The position numbers were made by a program, and so were the translations under genes. Below are positions 8,734-17,611 of a DNA stretch of 30,063 nt, piece after piece. The DNA comes from a virus. Its lineage: Duplodnaviria > Caudoviricetes. Location of the stretch: positions 1 to 30,063 of the IMG/VR virus record IMGVR_UViG_3300005521_000008. One strand, given 5' to 3'. The notes under the pieces were generated by a model. The model was given only the letters and a program-made list of their open reading frames with translations, was not told the DNA's origin and ran no database searches. Every line of letters starts with the position of its first letter. The first letter of the stretch is position 1.

Positions 8734-10403
8734 TTAGCTATTACAGAATAGTTCTGTCTCTTTTCAAACTTAACAACAGATCTAAACTTATCAAATAGTT
8801 GATCACCCTTATGTGAAATTACAAAGACATTTGTATCTTCGCCGATAGTGTTCAACAGTTGCATAACATAGTCTGTCCCATTAGTATCTAAACTACTATC
8901 AAAGACTTCATCTAATAATAATATGTTAGTGCTAGCGCTGTTCTTCATCTTAGCAATAGTTCTCCATGTAAACACCAGGGCTAAATCTATTCTTTGTTTT
9001 TCACCTTCACTAAAAGATGCGTAACTAAATTTATCTCTGTGCCTAGACTTAATTGTTTCTTTAAATGTTTCATCTAAGTCAAACTGAACGAAGAAATCCA
9101 TTGCAGCTAAATATTTATTAACAAGTTTATTTATTATTGGTAAGTATGCTTTTATTATTTTTGTTTTGATTCCGGTATCCTGTAACATTGCTTTGGCCAC
9201 ATCATAATAATGTTCATCTTCTGCTAATGTACTCTTATTACCTACCTTCGCTATTGTTTCTTTTGCTAATGTTTTTAACTTAGTTTTCTCTTCTGTAATG
9301 TTACCTGTCTTTTGTTCTGTATCATTAAGTTCTAACTGGAGTCTTTGAAGTATCCTTTGTTGAGTAATGATCTCATTATTAGTACTCATAATTACAGCGT
9401 CTAAGTCTTGAACCTGCTTAACAAGTTTCTCGACGTCGCTATACTGCGTATCCAGATCTGTTAGAGCCTTTTCAAGTTCTGAGATCTTAGTCTGATCTCT
9501 TTCTGTCATTAATTTTTTATGATCGTGCTCTATACCTTGCTGGCATGTAGGACATTCGTCTGTATTATGAAAGAAGTCTAAGTCTCTTCTGTGTTTAGTA
9601 ACTTGGGCTTCAAACTTTGTTCTAAAAGTTTCAAGTTGTCTTTTCTTTTCTTCAGGAGTCCCAAGCGCCGACTTCTCCTCTGTGTATCTGCTGACTTCTT
9701 CAGTAGCCGTCTCGATCGTTTCATCTGTTTCCTTAATAGATTTTTGTATTTCAATTACCTTAGAAGACTTATCATCTTCTAATGTTTTAATGTATTGTTC
9801 TTGTAGTGTGGCCTTTTGTTTGGCTACATCTATTTCGCCTTCAATAATTCTTTTTTCATTTTCTAATTGAACTAATTTTGTCTTTAGCACAGAATTCATA
9901 CTTGTAAATATACTTATGTCTAATATGTCTTCAATTATCTCACGCCTCGCTCCTAAATGTAACTGCATAAAAGGAGTAAAAGAAGCACTACCTAACATCA
10001 CAATCTGTGTAAATGATTTGTAATTTAGTTTAAGAATGTTCTCTTCTAAATACTTTTGGAAATCTCTGATGTTGGCATTCTTATCTAACTTCTCACCATT
10101 AATTTCTATCTCAAAAATTCTAGGTTGTAAACCTCTCTTGATACAATAGTTTTTACTACCTATCTGAAAGTTAATATCTACTCTAAGGTTCTTACCATTA
10201 ATAGTATTTATTAATTGTGGTTTGGATACATTCCTAAAAGGCTTATTAAATAAAGCAAATGTCAAAGCATCTAATAATGTAGACTTGCCTGTGCCGTTCT
10301 CACCTACAATTAATGTACTAGGAGACTTTGTAAAATCAATCTCTGTATAGGCATTACCTGTAGATAGAAAGTTCTTCCATCTAATATTTTTAAATTGTAT
10401 CAT
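8730..10403 (-). CDS. gp46: gp46 recombination endonuclease subunit (Rad50/SbcC-like ATPase)
   Basis: GENGTGKS, zinc hook CPTC, FSEGE signature, LLDEVFD and ISH; follows gp47. Confidence 0.96.
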   Translation of the reverse strand: MIQFKNIRWKNFLSTGNAYTEIDFTKSPSTLIVGENGTGKSTLLDALTFALFNKPFRNVSKPQLINTINGKNLRVDINFQIGSKNYCIKRGLQPRIFEIEINGEKLDKNANIRDFQKYLEENILKLNYKSFTQIVMLGSASFTPFMQLHLGARREIIEDILDISIFTSMNSVLKTKLVQLENEKRIIEGEIDVAKQKATLQEQYIKTLEDDKSSKVIEIQKSIKETDETIETATEEVSRYTEEKSALGTPEEKKRQLETFRTKFEAQVTKHRRDLDFFHNTDECPTCQQGIEHDHKKLMTERDQTKISELEKALTDLDTQYSDVEKLVKQVQDLDAVIMSTNNEIITQQRILQRLQLELNDTEQKTGNITEEKTKLKTLAKETIAKVGNKSTLAEDEHYYDVAKAMLQDTGIKTKIIKAYLPIINKLVNKYLAAMDFFVQFDLDETFKETIKSRHRDKFSYASFSEGEKQRIDLALVFTWRTIAKMKNSASTNILLLDEVFDSSLDTNGTDYVMQLLNTIGEDTNVFVISHKGDQLFDKFRSVVKFEKRQNYSVIAK

Positions 10404-11461
10404 ATAGTATCTTGTGCCTCGATGTAGAGGCTCTGTAATAAGTTTTTAATTCTTTGCTTATCTAAATCTGTTTCAACAACATCAACATACTCTTTCAATA
10501 AGGTCATTGTATCTTCCAAGTCTATGTCTTCACCTAAGGCTTCGTCTTCAAACTCTGAGAAGTCTTCTATAATTTTAAGATCAATTAAGTTGTAGGTGTA
10601 TAACTTGTCTACAAAAGAATCAAACTTTTTAAAGTCTGTCTTCTTATTTACAATAAGCTTAACACTACAACCGCTGATATCATTAAAATCGAAATTGCTA
10701 ATGGCATTGACACCTTCGAATGTTGAATCGTCGTAATAAATTTTGTGGAAGATTCTATACGGGTTGTTGACATATTCCAAATCTCTTTTAACTGTGTCAT
10801 AAATGGCGAAACCTCTAGGGTCATTGTAGTCTGACCAAGTAATTTCATAAGGGTTGCCCATGTATGTAATATTGCCTCTGCTATGACGATGATGAAAGTG
10901 GCCACTAACCACAAGGTCAAAATCAATAAAAGCGTCAGTATCCATGCCATGCATATTAGGCATTCCAGGAAGCATGTCGTAACCTGCGAATTCAAAATGT
11001 CCGAAGCAAGTCTTTGCATCAGTCTTTGAAATTTTGGCCATAGTCCTGTCATAATTTTCTCCACATATCCATGGAAGGTATAGTACCTTCTCTCTATCTA
11101 ACATTATCTCTGTTGGTTCTTGATATAATGTTATGTTATTATATTCTCCTAACAATAAATCAGGAGAGTTTACATCATTTGTATTCTTAAAATAGGTATC
11201 ATGATTACCAGGAATCATATGTATATCTATACCAAACTTTGCTGCCTCACTAAAGAAATATTTTTTACAAGACTGAAGTGTATTAAAATTAATATACTTC
11301 CTTCTATCAAATACATCACCTAGGTGGCATACAGTTTTAATGTCATTGTCAACCAAGTAAGGAAAGAATATATTCTTGTAAAACCTAGCAAAGAATTTAT
11401 CAAATGCTAGACTATCACTCCTGGCACCAAAATGGGTGTCTGTAACTAAGGCTACTTTCAT
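10400..11461 (-). CDS. gp47: gp47 recombination endonuclease subunit (Mre11/SbcD-like)
   Basis: DTHFG, GDVFDRRK, GNHD, GH and SGHFH phosphoesterase motifs. Confidence 0.96.
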   Translation of the reverse strand: MKVALVTDTHFGARSDSLAFDKFFARFYKNIFFPYLVDNDIKTVCHLGDVFDRRKYINFNTLQSCKKYFFSEAAKFGIDIHMIPGNHDTYFKNTNDVNSPDLLLGEYNNITLYQEPTEIMLDREKVLYLPWICGENYDRTMAKISKTDAKTCFGHFEFAGYDMLPGMPNMHGMDTDAFIDFDLVVSGHFHHRHSRGNITYMGNPYEITWSDYNDPRGFAIYDTVKRDLEYVNNPYRIFHKIYYDDSTFEGVNAISNFDFNDISGCSVKLIVNKKTDFKKFDSFVDKLYTYNLIDLKIIEDFSEFEDEALGEDIDLEDTMTLLKEYVDVVETDLDKQRIKNLLQSLYIEAQDTI

Positions 11462-11464
11462 AAG

Positions 11465-11932
11465 TTAGCCTTCGTAAATAGCGCTATTGGCCCCGTGTTC
11501 TCTAACTTCGCAACTGACACAGAAACATCTGCCGTCAGTTTGTTTACTTACTAAATCGTTTGCAAAGTGAAAAGCTTGCTCTGCAAACTTCTCACATCCA
11601 ACACCATTCATAACTACTACTTCTGTTAATCCTTTTTCTTCTAGCTTTAAAAAATCTTGTAATGCAGGATCGTTTTTATCAACTGCATGTTTATGATCAA
11701 AGTTATTTTTTAACCATGCTTTTAAGTCCTTCAAGCCTCCAAAATCCACTACCCAATTCTTATTATCTAAACGATCACAACCAAATTTAAAACTAAACGA
11801 CAAAGCGTAACCATGTAGTAAACTACAATGACTGTGCGTTGCTGCATGTTGTCTAAAAATTGCTGATAAGCCTTCTTCGTGGCCATATGTTTTCGTTGAA
11901 TAATATTTGTAATCTATGTATGGGTCTGTCAT
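11465..11932 (-). CDS. queD: 6-carboxy-5,6,7,8-tetrahydropterin synthase (QueD/PTPS)
   Basis: HCSLLHGY, WVVDFGGLK, FDH, GCEKFAE and EVREHGANSAIY. Start moved to 11932 (ATGA overlap with the glycosyltransferase stop). Confidence 0.9.
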   Translation of the reverse strand: MTDPYIDYKYYSTKTYGHEEGLSAIFRQHAATHSHCSLLHGYALSFSFKFGCDRLDNKNWVVDFGGLKDLKAWLKNNFDHKHAVDKNDPALQDFLKLEEKGLTEVVVMNGVGCEKFAEQAFHFANDLVSKQTDGRCFCVSCEVREHGANSAIYEG

Positions 11933-12990
11933 ATAAGCTCCTTGTATAAGTTTGTTGCAGTGAAGTATTGTTCTTCTAGCCTGTTTCTGTTTTCTATAAT
12001 ACATGTTTGTATCTCTGGTGACTGAAAATTCTCCATCATAGTTTCTATCTTGCCTATTAAGATAGTCTTATTGTCCTGATATCCTTTCCAGTCTATTGTA
12101 AATTGAGTTGGGTATTTAAATAAGTCATCATACATTTCTATATAAGATAACCTATTAGGAACAAGAGGCATACCACCTGCTCTTAGTATTTCATAACAGC
12201 TAATTCCTAATGTCTCTTGTAAATTTGCTGAGAATACCATCTTAGATTGTTCTAATAATTTATTATACTCTACTTTTGTAAGATTGTAATCATTACAATT
12301 AATGAATTCGTATTGTGGCAGTTCTGCTTTTAAGTCATTAAATATATTTAACTGTTTCTCAGGTGCGTTTCTGTGAGGGAATAGGATTATATCTTCTTTC
12401 TCTATTCTATCTGGCCTTATATAGTTACCTAAGTATTCCATTGGCCAACCAGTTCTAACAATTTTACTATTTAAATATTCTTCGTCTGAAGGATCAAAGA
12501 ATGTAGTAGCAAACATTTCTATATGAAACTGACTAGCAAAATAATTTCTATCAATGGCATCAAAGAAAGCTAGTTCTGTGTGCCTAACCCAAGGTTTGTC
12601 TCCAATCTTTCTACCTAAAAAGTCTTGTGGATCATAACTTCCTGCATGCCACAGTCCATGTATTGTTGCATCTATCTGAAATAGATCTAACATGTATTTA
12701 AGATTAAGAATACCTGGATGCCAAGCATCTGCAAATACAAAATGATCTCCATTTGTTATTTGTCCTTTGTTAAAGTATTCTGCTAATAGTTTTACTTGTT
12801 CAGCTTTATAAATGTTCGTGCCTGCAAAGTTTAAGAAGGCACCAGGTGTAGTACAATCTGCTATACCTTCTGGTCCTTCAATAACTGTAATGTCTTGGCC
12901 AGTCTCATCTGCTATTTGCTGAGGAAATTCTGTTTTCCATTGAGCAGTATATCTAGTCTCGACATATTCTAAATCAACTAAATAAATCAT
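11929..12990 (-). CDS. GT-B (GT4-like) glycosyltransferase
   Basis: C-terminal domain with FPHRNAPEK and the E-x7-E motif ETLGISCYE followed by GGMPLVPNRLSYIEM; N-terminal DAWHPG and GLWHAGSYDPQD. Confidence 0.8.
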   Translation of the reverse strand: MIYLVDLEYVETRYTAQWKTEFPQQIADETGQDITVIEGPEGIADCTTPGAFLNFAGTNIYKAEQVKLLAEYFNKGQITNGDHFVFADAWHPGILNLKYMLDLFQIDATIHGLWHAGSYDPQDFLGRKIGDKPWVRHTELAFFDAIDRNYFASQFHIEMFATTFFDPSDEEYLNSKIVRTGWPMEYLGNYIRPDRIEKEDIILFPHRNAPEKQLNIFNDLKAELPQYEFINCNDYNLTKVEYNKLLEQSKMVFSANLQETLGISCYEILRAGGMPLVPNRLSYIEMYDDLFKYPTQFTIDWKGYQDNKTILIGKIETMMENFQSPEIQTCIIENRNRLEEQYFTATNLYKELI

Positions 12991-13360
12991 TCTCTAGAAT
13001 GCCTCCGTTTTCATTATCCTCATACACTTCAACTTTGACTGCACGATTAGGATAATGTTCTTCTATATAATTTATAAGATCTTCTGCTATCATTTCACAT
13101 GAACGGTGGTCTAGTTGTAGTTCGCCTTCACCATATTGTTTTTCTAATTCTCTCTTAAATTGTATGAATTCTACATCACGATCGTTATGTGTGACTCCTA
13201 GTGTTACATAAAAATAGAACATGTGTCTATGAGGATAACCTAAGAAACTTACATCGTCCCAATCACCTGTTGCATATTTAGGATCTTTATCTGCTCCTGG
13301 AAACATGTGAACACCTTCCCTTTGGAAGGATACTTTAATAAACCTTTTACCAACTGACAT
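12974..13360 (-). CDS. QueD-paralog T-fold protein, DpdL-like (putative CDG decarboxylase)
   Basis: LGYPHRHMF matches LxxxHRHxF; also HNDRDVEFIQFK, SCEMIAE and VEVYEDNENG (T-fold C-terminus); lies inside the deazaguanine cluster. Confidence 0.75.
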   Translation of the reverse strand: MSVGKRFIKVSFQREGVHMFPGADKDPKYATGDWDDVSFLGYPHRHMFYFYVTLGVTHNDRDVEFIQFKRELEKQYGEGELQLDHRSCEMIAEDLINYIEEHYPNRAVKVEVYEDNENGGILENDLFS

Positions 13361-13417
13361 ATAAAACTAACTCCATTATACAAAATGATATCATCATTAT
13401 AAAAACTAACCAACTGT

Positions 13418-14686
13418 TCATCCAAATAACTCCTCTAAACTTGCAGGTGCTTCTTTACCTACTGCCATTGACTTCATTGCACCACCTAAATATTGGTTGT
13501 TCTCCCAATAAGTAAAGTCTTCTTTATTTTTAACATTATATAGGTTCCTGAACTGGCCATCAAGTTTCATCTTACCCGTAAACTTAATTAAGGTTTCCTC
13601 ATCTAACATCATCTGTTCTAGATGTTTCATAAAGTTTTGTATGGACATTAGTATAAATGCTGTCCTAACATATATCCACTTGTTCAAATCGCCATATTTA
13701 TCTTTTGCTTTCATGCTAGGTGTATTCATAATAGAGTGAAATTCGTCTAAATCTACACCTAAATTGATTGTTTCTTGCACATTATTGTACATTTCTCGAT
13801 ACAAATTAGACATCTTTCTGCTAAACTTAGTTGTACCCTGTCCCATGTAATATAAACCTGTCTCAACCGCCCTGCTGTGTGTAGTAGAGTCATATGATAT
13901 GTCTACATTGTCATATAAACCGTTCTGACAGAACACTAAGTAAGGAATAATACGCCTGATACTTCCTACACCTAATATATGTAAGTGCATTTTATCTTGT
14001 GGCCAAGTTTTAGCTATCTCACTAGCAATAAAAGCTCTTTTCACATCTTCTAATGGTCCTGTGCCCAAGGCAGCTGCACCCATAGCTACTCCACCAATTC
14101 TGTTGTGCCATTCATTAGGTATCTCACCAAGTAAACACTCATACCATCTTAGATATGTATCAACATCATTGCCTTGTAGAATAATATATGGTTTGCAACT
14201 GCTCTCTTTCTTATCAAAAATTTCTAATTGTCTTTTAACATTACGGCCTGTCTTTTTAGCAAGCTCTTCATAGTTCTCATAATCAAAGAACCTCTGTTTA
14301 ACATCATTTCTATCTGATCTTTCACCTGTAAGTATAACAGGTATCTCATCAAAGCACATACCCACATCTGCCCACTCTGCTTGGTTCTCATATACTTTGT
14401 CTTTTAATTCATCTGTAATTGTCATGCCTTGTGTAACAATCTGTAGGCCACCTGAGTCTGCGTGGATACTATGTACATGATCTTTATATGCTGTAAACCT
14501 TTCGCCAAAACTTGACTCTGTATGTGCATTATATAACATAGAAAACTTGTGACTATGCACTCCTGTTACTAATTTATCTAGTAACATATTAATAATTTGT
14601 GAATTCGTTTCGTCTTTGGCTATACCAGGATTACTAAACCTCATATAAGAGGTTCCTGATACTACATAATCTAATTTTCTATCCAT
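13418..14686 (-). CDS. dpdA: TGT-fold guanine transglycosylase, DpdA-like (predicted DNA 7-deazaguanine insertion)
   Basis: TGT motifs in order: ADSGGLQ, CFDEIP, ILQG, GGVAMG, HLHILGVG and SYDSTT. It lacks the CxCxxC zinc site of bacterial tRNA TGT and clusters with folE/queD/queE. Confidence 0.75.
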   Translation of the reverse strand: MDRKLDYVVSGTSYMRFSNPGIAKDETNSQIINMLLDKLVTGVHSHKFSMLYNAHTESSFGERFTAYKDHVHSIHADSGGLQIVTQGMTITDELKDKVYENQAEWADVGMCFDEIPVILTGERSDRNDVKQRFFDYENYEELAKKTGRNVKRQLEIFDKKESSCKPYIILQGNDVDTYLRWYECLLGEIPNEWHNRIGGVAMGAAALGTGPLEDVKRAFIASEIAKTWPQDKMHLHILGVGSIRRIIPYLVFCQNGLYDNVDISYDSTTHSRAVETGLYYMGQGTTKFSRKMSNLYREMYNNVQETINLGVDLDEFHSIMNTPSMKAKDKYGDLNKWIYVRTAFILMSIQNFMKHLEQMMLDEETLIKFTGKMKLDGQFRNLYNVKNKEDFTYWENNQYLGGAMKSMAVGKEAPASLEELFG

Positions 14687-14816
14687 ACATACTCCCTACT
14701 ATAAATCCTAGAGCAAATATAAACCAATCAAATATGAAGTGCATAATAAAAGACAATGCAAATATTTCTTTCCAATGTACTTTACATATATCTAACCATT
14801 CTAATATCTTATTCAT
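14679..14816 (-). CDS. 45-aa hydrophobic membrane peptide (MNKILEWLDICKVHWKEIFALSFIMHFIFDWFIFALGFIVGSMYG)
   Basis: Manually translated; ATGA overlap with the upstream stop and 8-nt overlap with the dpdA start; fills the gap exactly. Confidence 0.7.
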   Translation of the reverse strand: MNKILEWLDICKVHWKEIFALSFIMHFIFDWFIFALGFIVGSMYG

Positions 14817-15319
14817 GACTTTAATATTTCAATTAACATATTTGCCTGTGCTGTTGCATCGTCTAACGCATTGTGATTATTTGCTTTAGGTAATCTTTTA
14901 TCTAGCACATTCATTAATGTTCTTAAACAAGATATATCCCAAAATTTCCAAGGGATAAACATGTCCAAGGCTCTATAGGCACTTTCTAAAATAACAACAT
15001 CAAAATTGGCACCATAACCCCATATAGGAATGGACTCTTTTCCATACCATATAGTGAATTTATCTATTGCCTCTTGTAGTGGGACTGGATTTTGTTGCCA
15101 AGCTTGTTGTGCCTCTTTACTTTGTTCACCCCACCATTTTATTGTGTCAGGATCTATATGTAGTCCTGCTTCCTTACAAGTTCTACCATCTACATTTATA
15201 TAGAAGGTGTCAGTAATTTCCATATCCTCTACAAGTACTGCTCCAATAGAAACAATACACGCATTAGCATGAGTGCTTAATGTTTCTAAGTCAACGACTA
15301 CTTGTTTAGTAGTGTCCAT
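14813..15319 (-). CDS. DEDDh 3'-5' exonuclease (DexA/DUF5051-like)
   Basis: VDLET, WGYGANFD and HNALDDA. Confidence 0.88.
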   Translation of the reverse strand: MDTTKQVVVDLETLSTHANACIVSIGAVLVEDMEITDTFYINVDGRTCKEAGLHIDPDTIKWWGEQSKEAQQAWQQNPVPLQEAIDKFTIWYGKESIPIWGYGANFDVVILESAYRALDMFIPWKFWDISCLRTLMNVLDKRLPKANNHNALDDATAQANMLIEILKS

Positions 15320-15989
15320 TTCCTATTTCCTGTAATTTAATATTATCCATAAACTCTTCTTTTAATGAAGGGTTCGTTTTAAGTTCGCCTTTAAGAACAG
15401 TTGTCTGTGTAGAACTATTACTTGCCATAATGCCTCTGTTCTCACAGCAACCATGTCTTGCTTTAATGTAAACACCTACTGCTTTAGACTTTGTAAGTTT
15501 CTCAATTCTATATGCTATCATCTCACAAAGTTCTTCTTGTAAATGTCCTCTTGAAGCTAAGTGCTGTGCCACTCTAGAATATTTTGAAAGTCCTATAACT
15601 TCTTCTCCTGGCATACATGCAATATAAGCTGTGCCTGAAACAGGTTGGTGATGGTGTGAACACATACTTTTTAATTCTGTTCTAACAACAATCAACTGAT
15701 CGTATTGTCCATCATTAGGGAATGCTGTAATCCTAGGATCTTTCCTATACCTGCCTCCCATAATTTCATTTACATACATCTTTGCCAAACGGTGTGCTGT
15801 TCCCATACTGTTTGGATCATTTGTTGTGTCTATAATAAGACTCTGTAGAACTGCTTCAAACTTTTCTTCTAGTTCTTCAATAAGATCTGCAGTTTCACCT
15901 GGCATTATATACTTTGAAATATTATCAGAAGCAAAATACCTATGGCCATCTACTTCTAACCGTTGTTTAATTTTATCACTTGTACTCAT
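15306..15989 (-). CDS. folE: GTP cyclohydrolase I
   Basis: TAHRLAKMY, SMCSHHHQP, IGLSKYSR, LQEEL and HGCCENRG. Confidence 0.95.
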   Translation of the reverse strand: MSTSDKIKQRLEVDGHRYFASDNISKYIMPGETADLIEELEEKFEAVLQSLIIDTTNDPNSMGTAHRLAKMYVNEIMGGRYRKDPRITAFPNDGQYDQLIVVRTELKSMCSHHHQPVSGTAYIACMPGEEVIGLSKYSRVAQHLASRGHLQEELCEMIAYRIEKLTKSKAVGVYIKARHGCCENRGIMASNSSTQTTVLKGELKTNPSLKEEFMDNIKLQEIGNGHY

Positions 15990-16102
15990 TTGCTTAACCT
16001 CTCCTTTGCTTCTTTCATTAATCTCATAGTTTTAATATGATTAGAATGGTGTATCCTTTTCTTTTTAAAATCTTTATTTTTGTTCTTGCATGTTATTGCC
16101 AT
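15986..16102 (-). CDS. 38-aa basic peptide (MAITCKNKNKDFKKKRIHHSNHIKTMRLMKEAKERLSK)
   Basis: Manually translated; TAATG overlap with the PRTase stop and ATGA overlap with the folE start. Confidence 0.6.
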   Translation of the reverse strand: MAITCKNKNKDFKKKRIHHSNHIKTMRLMKEAKERLSK

Positions 16103-16518
16103 TAAATTTTCTCCCATGGATATATTAACCATCTATTCTCATTATAGAGTCTCTGTCCTACAAAATCAAGCTCTAAATCTGCTTTTTGGTGTAATACAGC
16201 CCAACGACTATCAGGTATAATTTCTTTTATCTGTGTAATAGTTTTACCACTATCACAAATATCATCTACGAATAGAGTCCCGTTTAAATTCTTGTTAAAA
16301 TTGTTAGCTTTAATTGTATCTTTGAAATGTCCGTCTCTGGTTTGCCATTCTAGTGGTTCAAAGCCAGCGCCTAGCCTGTGTGATAACATAACACCAGGTA
16401 TTAGGCCTCCTCTAGATATACCTACTATTTTATCTATAGGTGTTTCTATCTTTTCATGAACGATATCTAACAATTCATCAATATCATTCCAAGTTACATG
16501 TATAAATTCATTCATCAT
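16102..16518 (-). CDS. Type I phosphoribosyltransferase (xanthine-guanine PRTase-like)
   Basis: IVGISRGGLIPG, PRPP-binding loop FVDDICDSGKT and C-terminal WLIYPWE. Confidence 0.9.
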   Translation of the reverse strand: MMNEFIHVTWNDIDELLDIVHEKIETPIDKIVGISRGGLIPGVMLSHRLGAGFEPLEWQTRDGHFKDTIKANNFNKNLNGTLFVDDICDSGKTITQIKEIIPDSRWAVLHQKADLELDFVGQRLYNENRWLIYPWEKI

Positions 16519-16724
16519 AATTTAATTGCCAATAATAAAAATATGCAGAGCTGTATAAGTATAACTAGGAATAACTCTACTGCTAATATAGTATGATACC
16601 AAATCCACCTAGTCTTATAAGCATTATCAATACTTAAATCATCTGGATCTGGATCGTTCCATTGTTCAACATCTTGCTTTGGGTGTTTACCCCATAAGAC
16701 TTCTTTAATATTTTTCCATTTCAT
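16515..16724 (-). CDS. Small protein with a C-terminal transmembrane helix
   Basis: Coupled to its neighbours (TAAATG and ATGA); hydrophobic ILAVELFLVILIQLCIFLLLA. Confidence 0.75.
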   Translation of the reverse strand: MKWKNIKEVLWGKHPKQDVEQWNDPDPDDLSIDNAYKTRWIWYHTILAVELFLVILIQLCIFLLLAIKL

Positions 16725-17603
16725 TTAAGTACCCCAAGCGTTGCCAAATAAATCAATATGTAATCGAGGGCTAAATTTATATCCTGTTTTCATACAAGCT
16801 TCTGCTACGCCTTTAGCAGTTAATGTTTGTTGTTCTAATGTTGCGCCTTCAGGCATACAGTAAACAGAATCTATCTGTACCCCATGATCTTGATAGGTCA
16901 TATAAAATTTATTAACCTCATCAAAATCTGTTATGTCTCTAACGACAAATTTATTATATAAATGACTATTGAAAACTTGGTTCATTGAAATTAAAACCTC
17001 AGGTATTAACGCATCTTCATTTGTCTCACCACTAAGACTTAACTTAGGTGATGTGCTCCAAGTTACATGTATGTCTTTGTTATTTGTATTAAAGAAATTA
17101 ATTAACTCAGGTTTAACTTCTTGTGTTCCATTAGTTTCAAATGTTACATTCTTTAATCCTACTTCCATACACATTTCTATTAGTTCAGGCCAACACCTTT
17201 GCCAACCTAATAAAGGTTCACCACCTGTAATAACTAAATGTATGTCATTGTTCTCATCAAACCTACCTCTAGGAAGTAACCCAACAATATGTTCAAACAC
17301 CTGATCAACTGTTCTTGTCATTTGTAAATGTTTATATTTCATAGCCCAACTAGCAGAACTATCACAACCAACAGGTGTAACAGGTAATTGATCTATGCTT
17401 GTATAAGCGTCTGGATTGTTTTTATCCCCTAAAGGGTCTGTCATATATGGCATTTCTTCTACAGGAATGAGATTGCCTCTCTCCTGTCCAAATCCTCTGC
17501 ATTCAAAGTTACATCCAAAGACTCTTAAGAACACACTAGGAACTCCTACGAATCTACCTTCGCCTTGAATTGAATAAAATGCTTCACTATATCTCAGTTT
17601 CAT
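16725..17603 (-). CDS. queE: 7-carboxy-7-deazaguanine synthase (radical SAM)
   Basis: EAFYSIQGEG, FLRVFGCNFEC...GCDS, ITGGEP, FETNGT, SPKL, MPEG and SPRLH. Confidence 0.93.
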   Translation of the reverse strand: MKLRYSEAFYSIQGEGRFVGVPSVFLRVFGCNFECRGFGQERGNLIPVEEMPYMTDPLGDKNNPDAYTSIDQLPVTPVGCDSSASWAMKYKHLQMTRTVDQVFEHIVGLLPRGRFDENNDIHLVITGGEPLLGWQRCWPELIEMCMEVGLKNVTFETNGTQEVKPELINFFNTNNKDIHVTWSTSPKLSLSGETNEDALIPEVLISMNQVFNSHLYNKFVVRDITDFDEVNKFYMTYQDHGVQIDSVYCMPEGATLEQQTLTAKGVAEACMKTGYKFSPRLHIDLFGNAWGT

Positions 17604-17611
17604 ATTATGAC

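Noticed and set aside
13361-13411. Short direct repeats (AAAACTAAC, CATTATA) around the palindrome ATGATATCAT upstream of the DpdL-like gene
   Set aside because: This could be an internal promoter or operator, but the -35 match is weak and such motifs are expected in AT-rich DNA. It is not called as a feature.
11465-17603. Queuosine tRNA-modification or folate/pterin auxiliary metabolism
   Set aside because: No queC, queF, queA or folB/K/P is in the window, and the TGT-like protein lacks the bacterial TGT zinc site. DNA modification is the better fit, though not proven.
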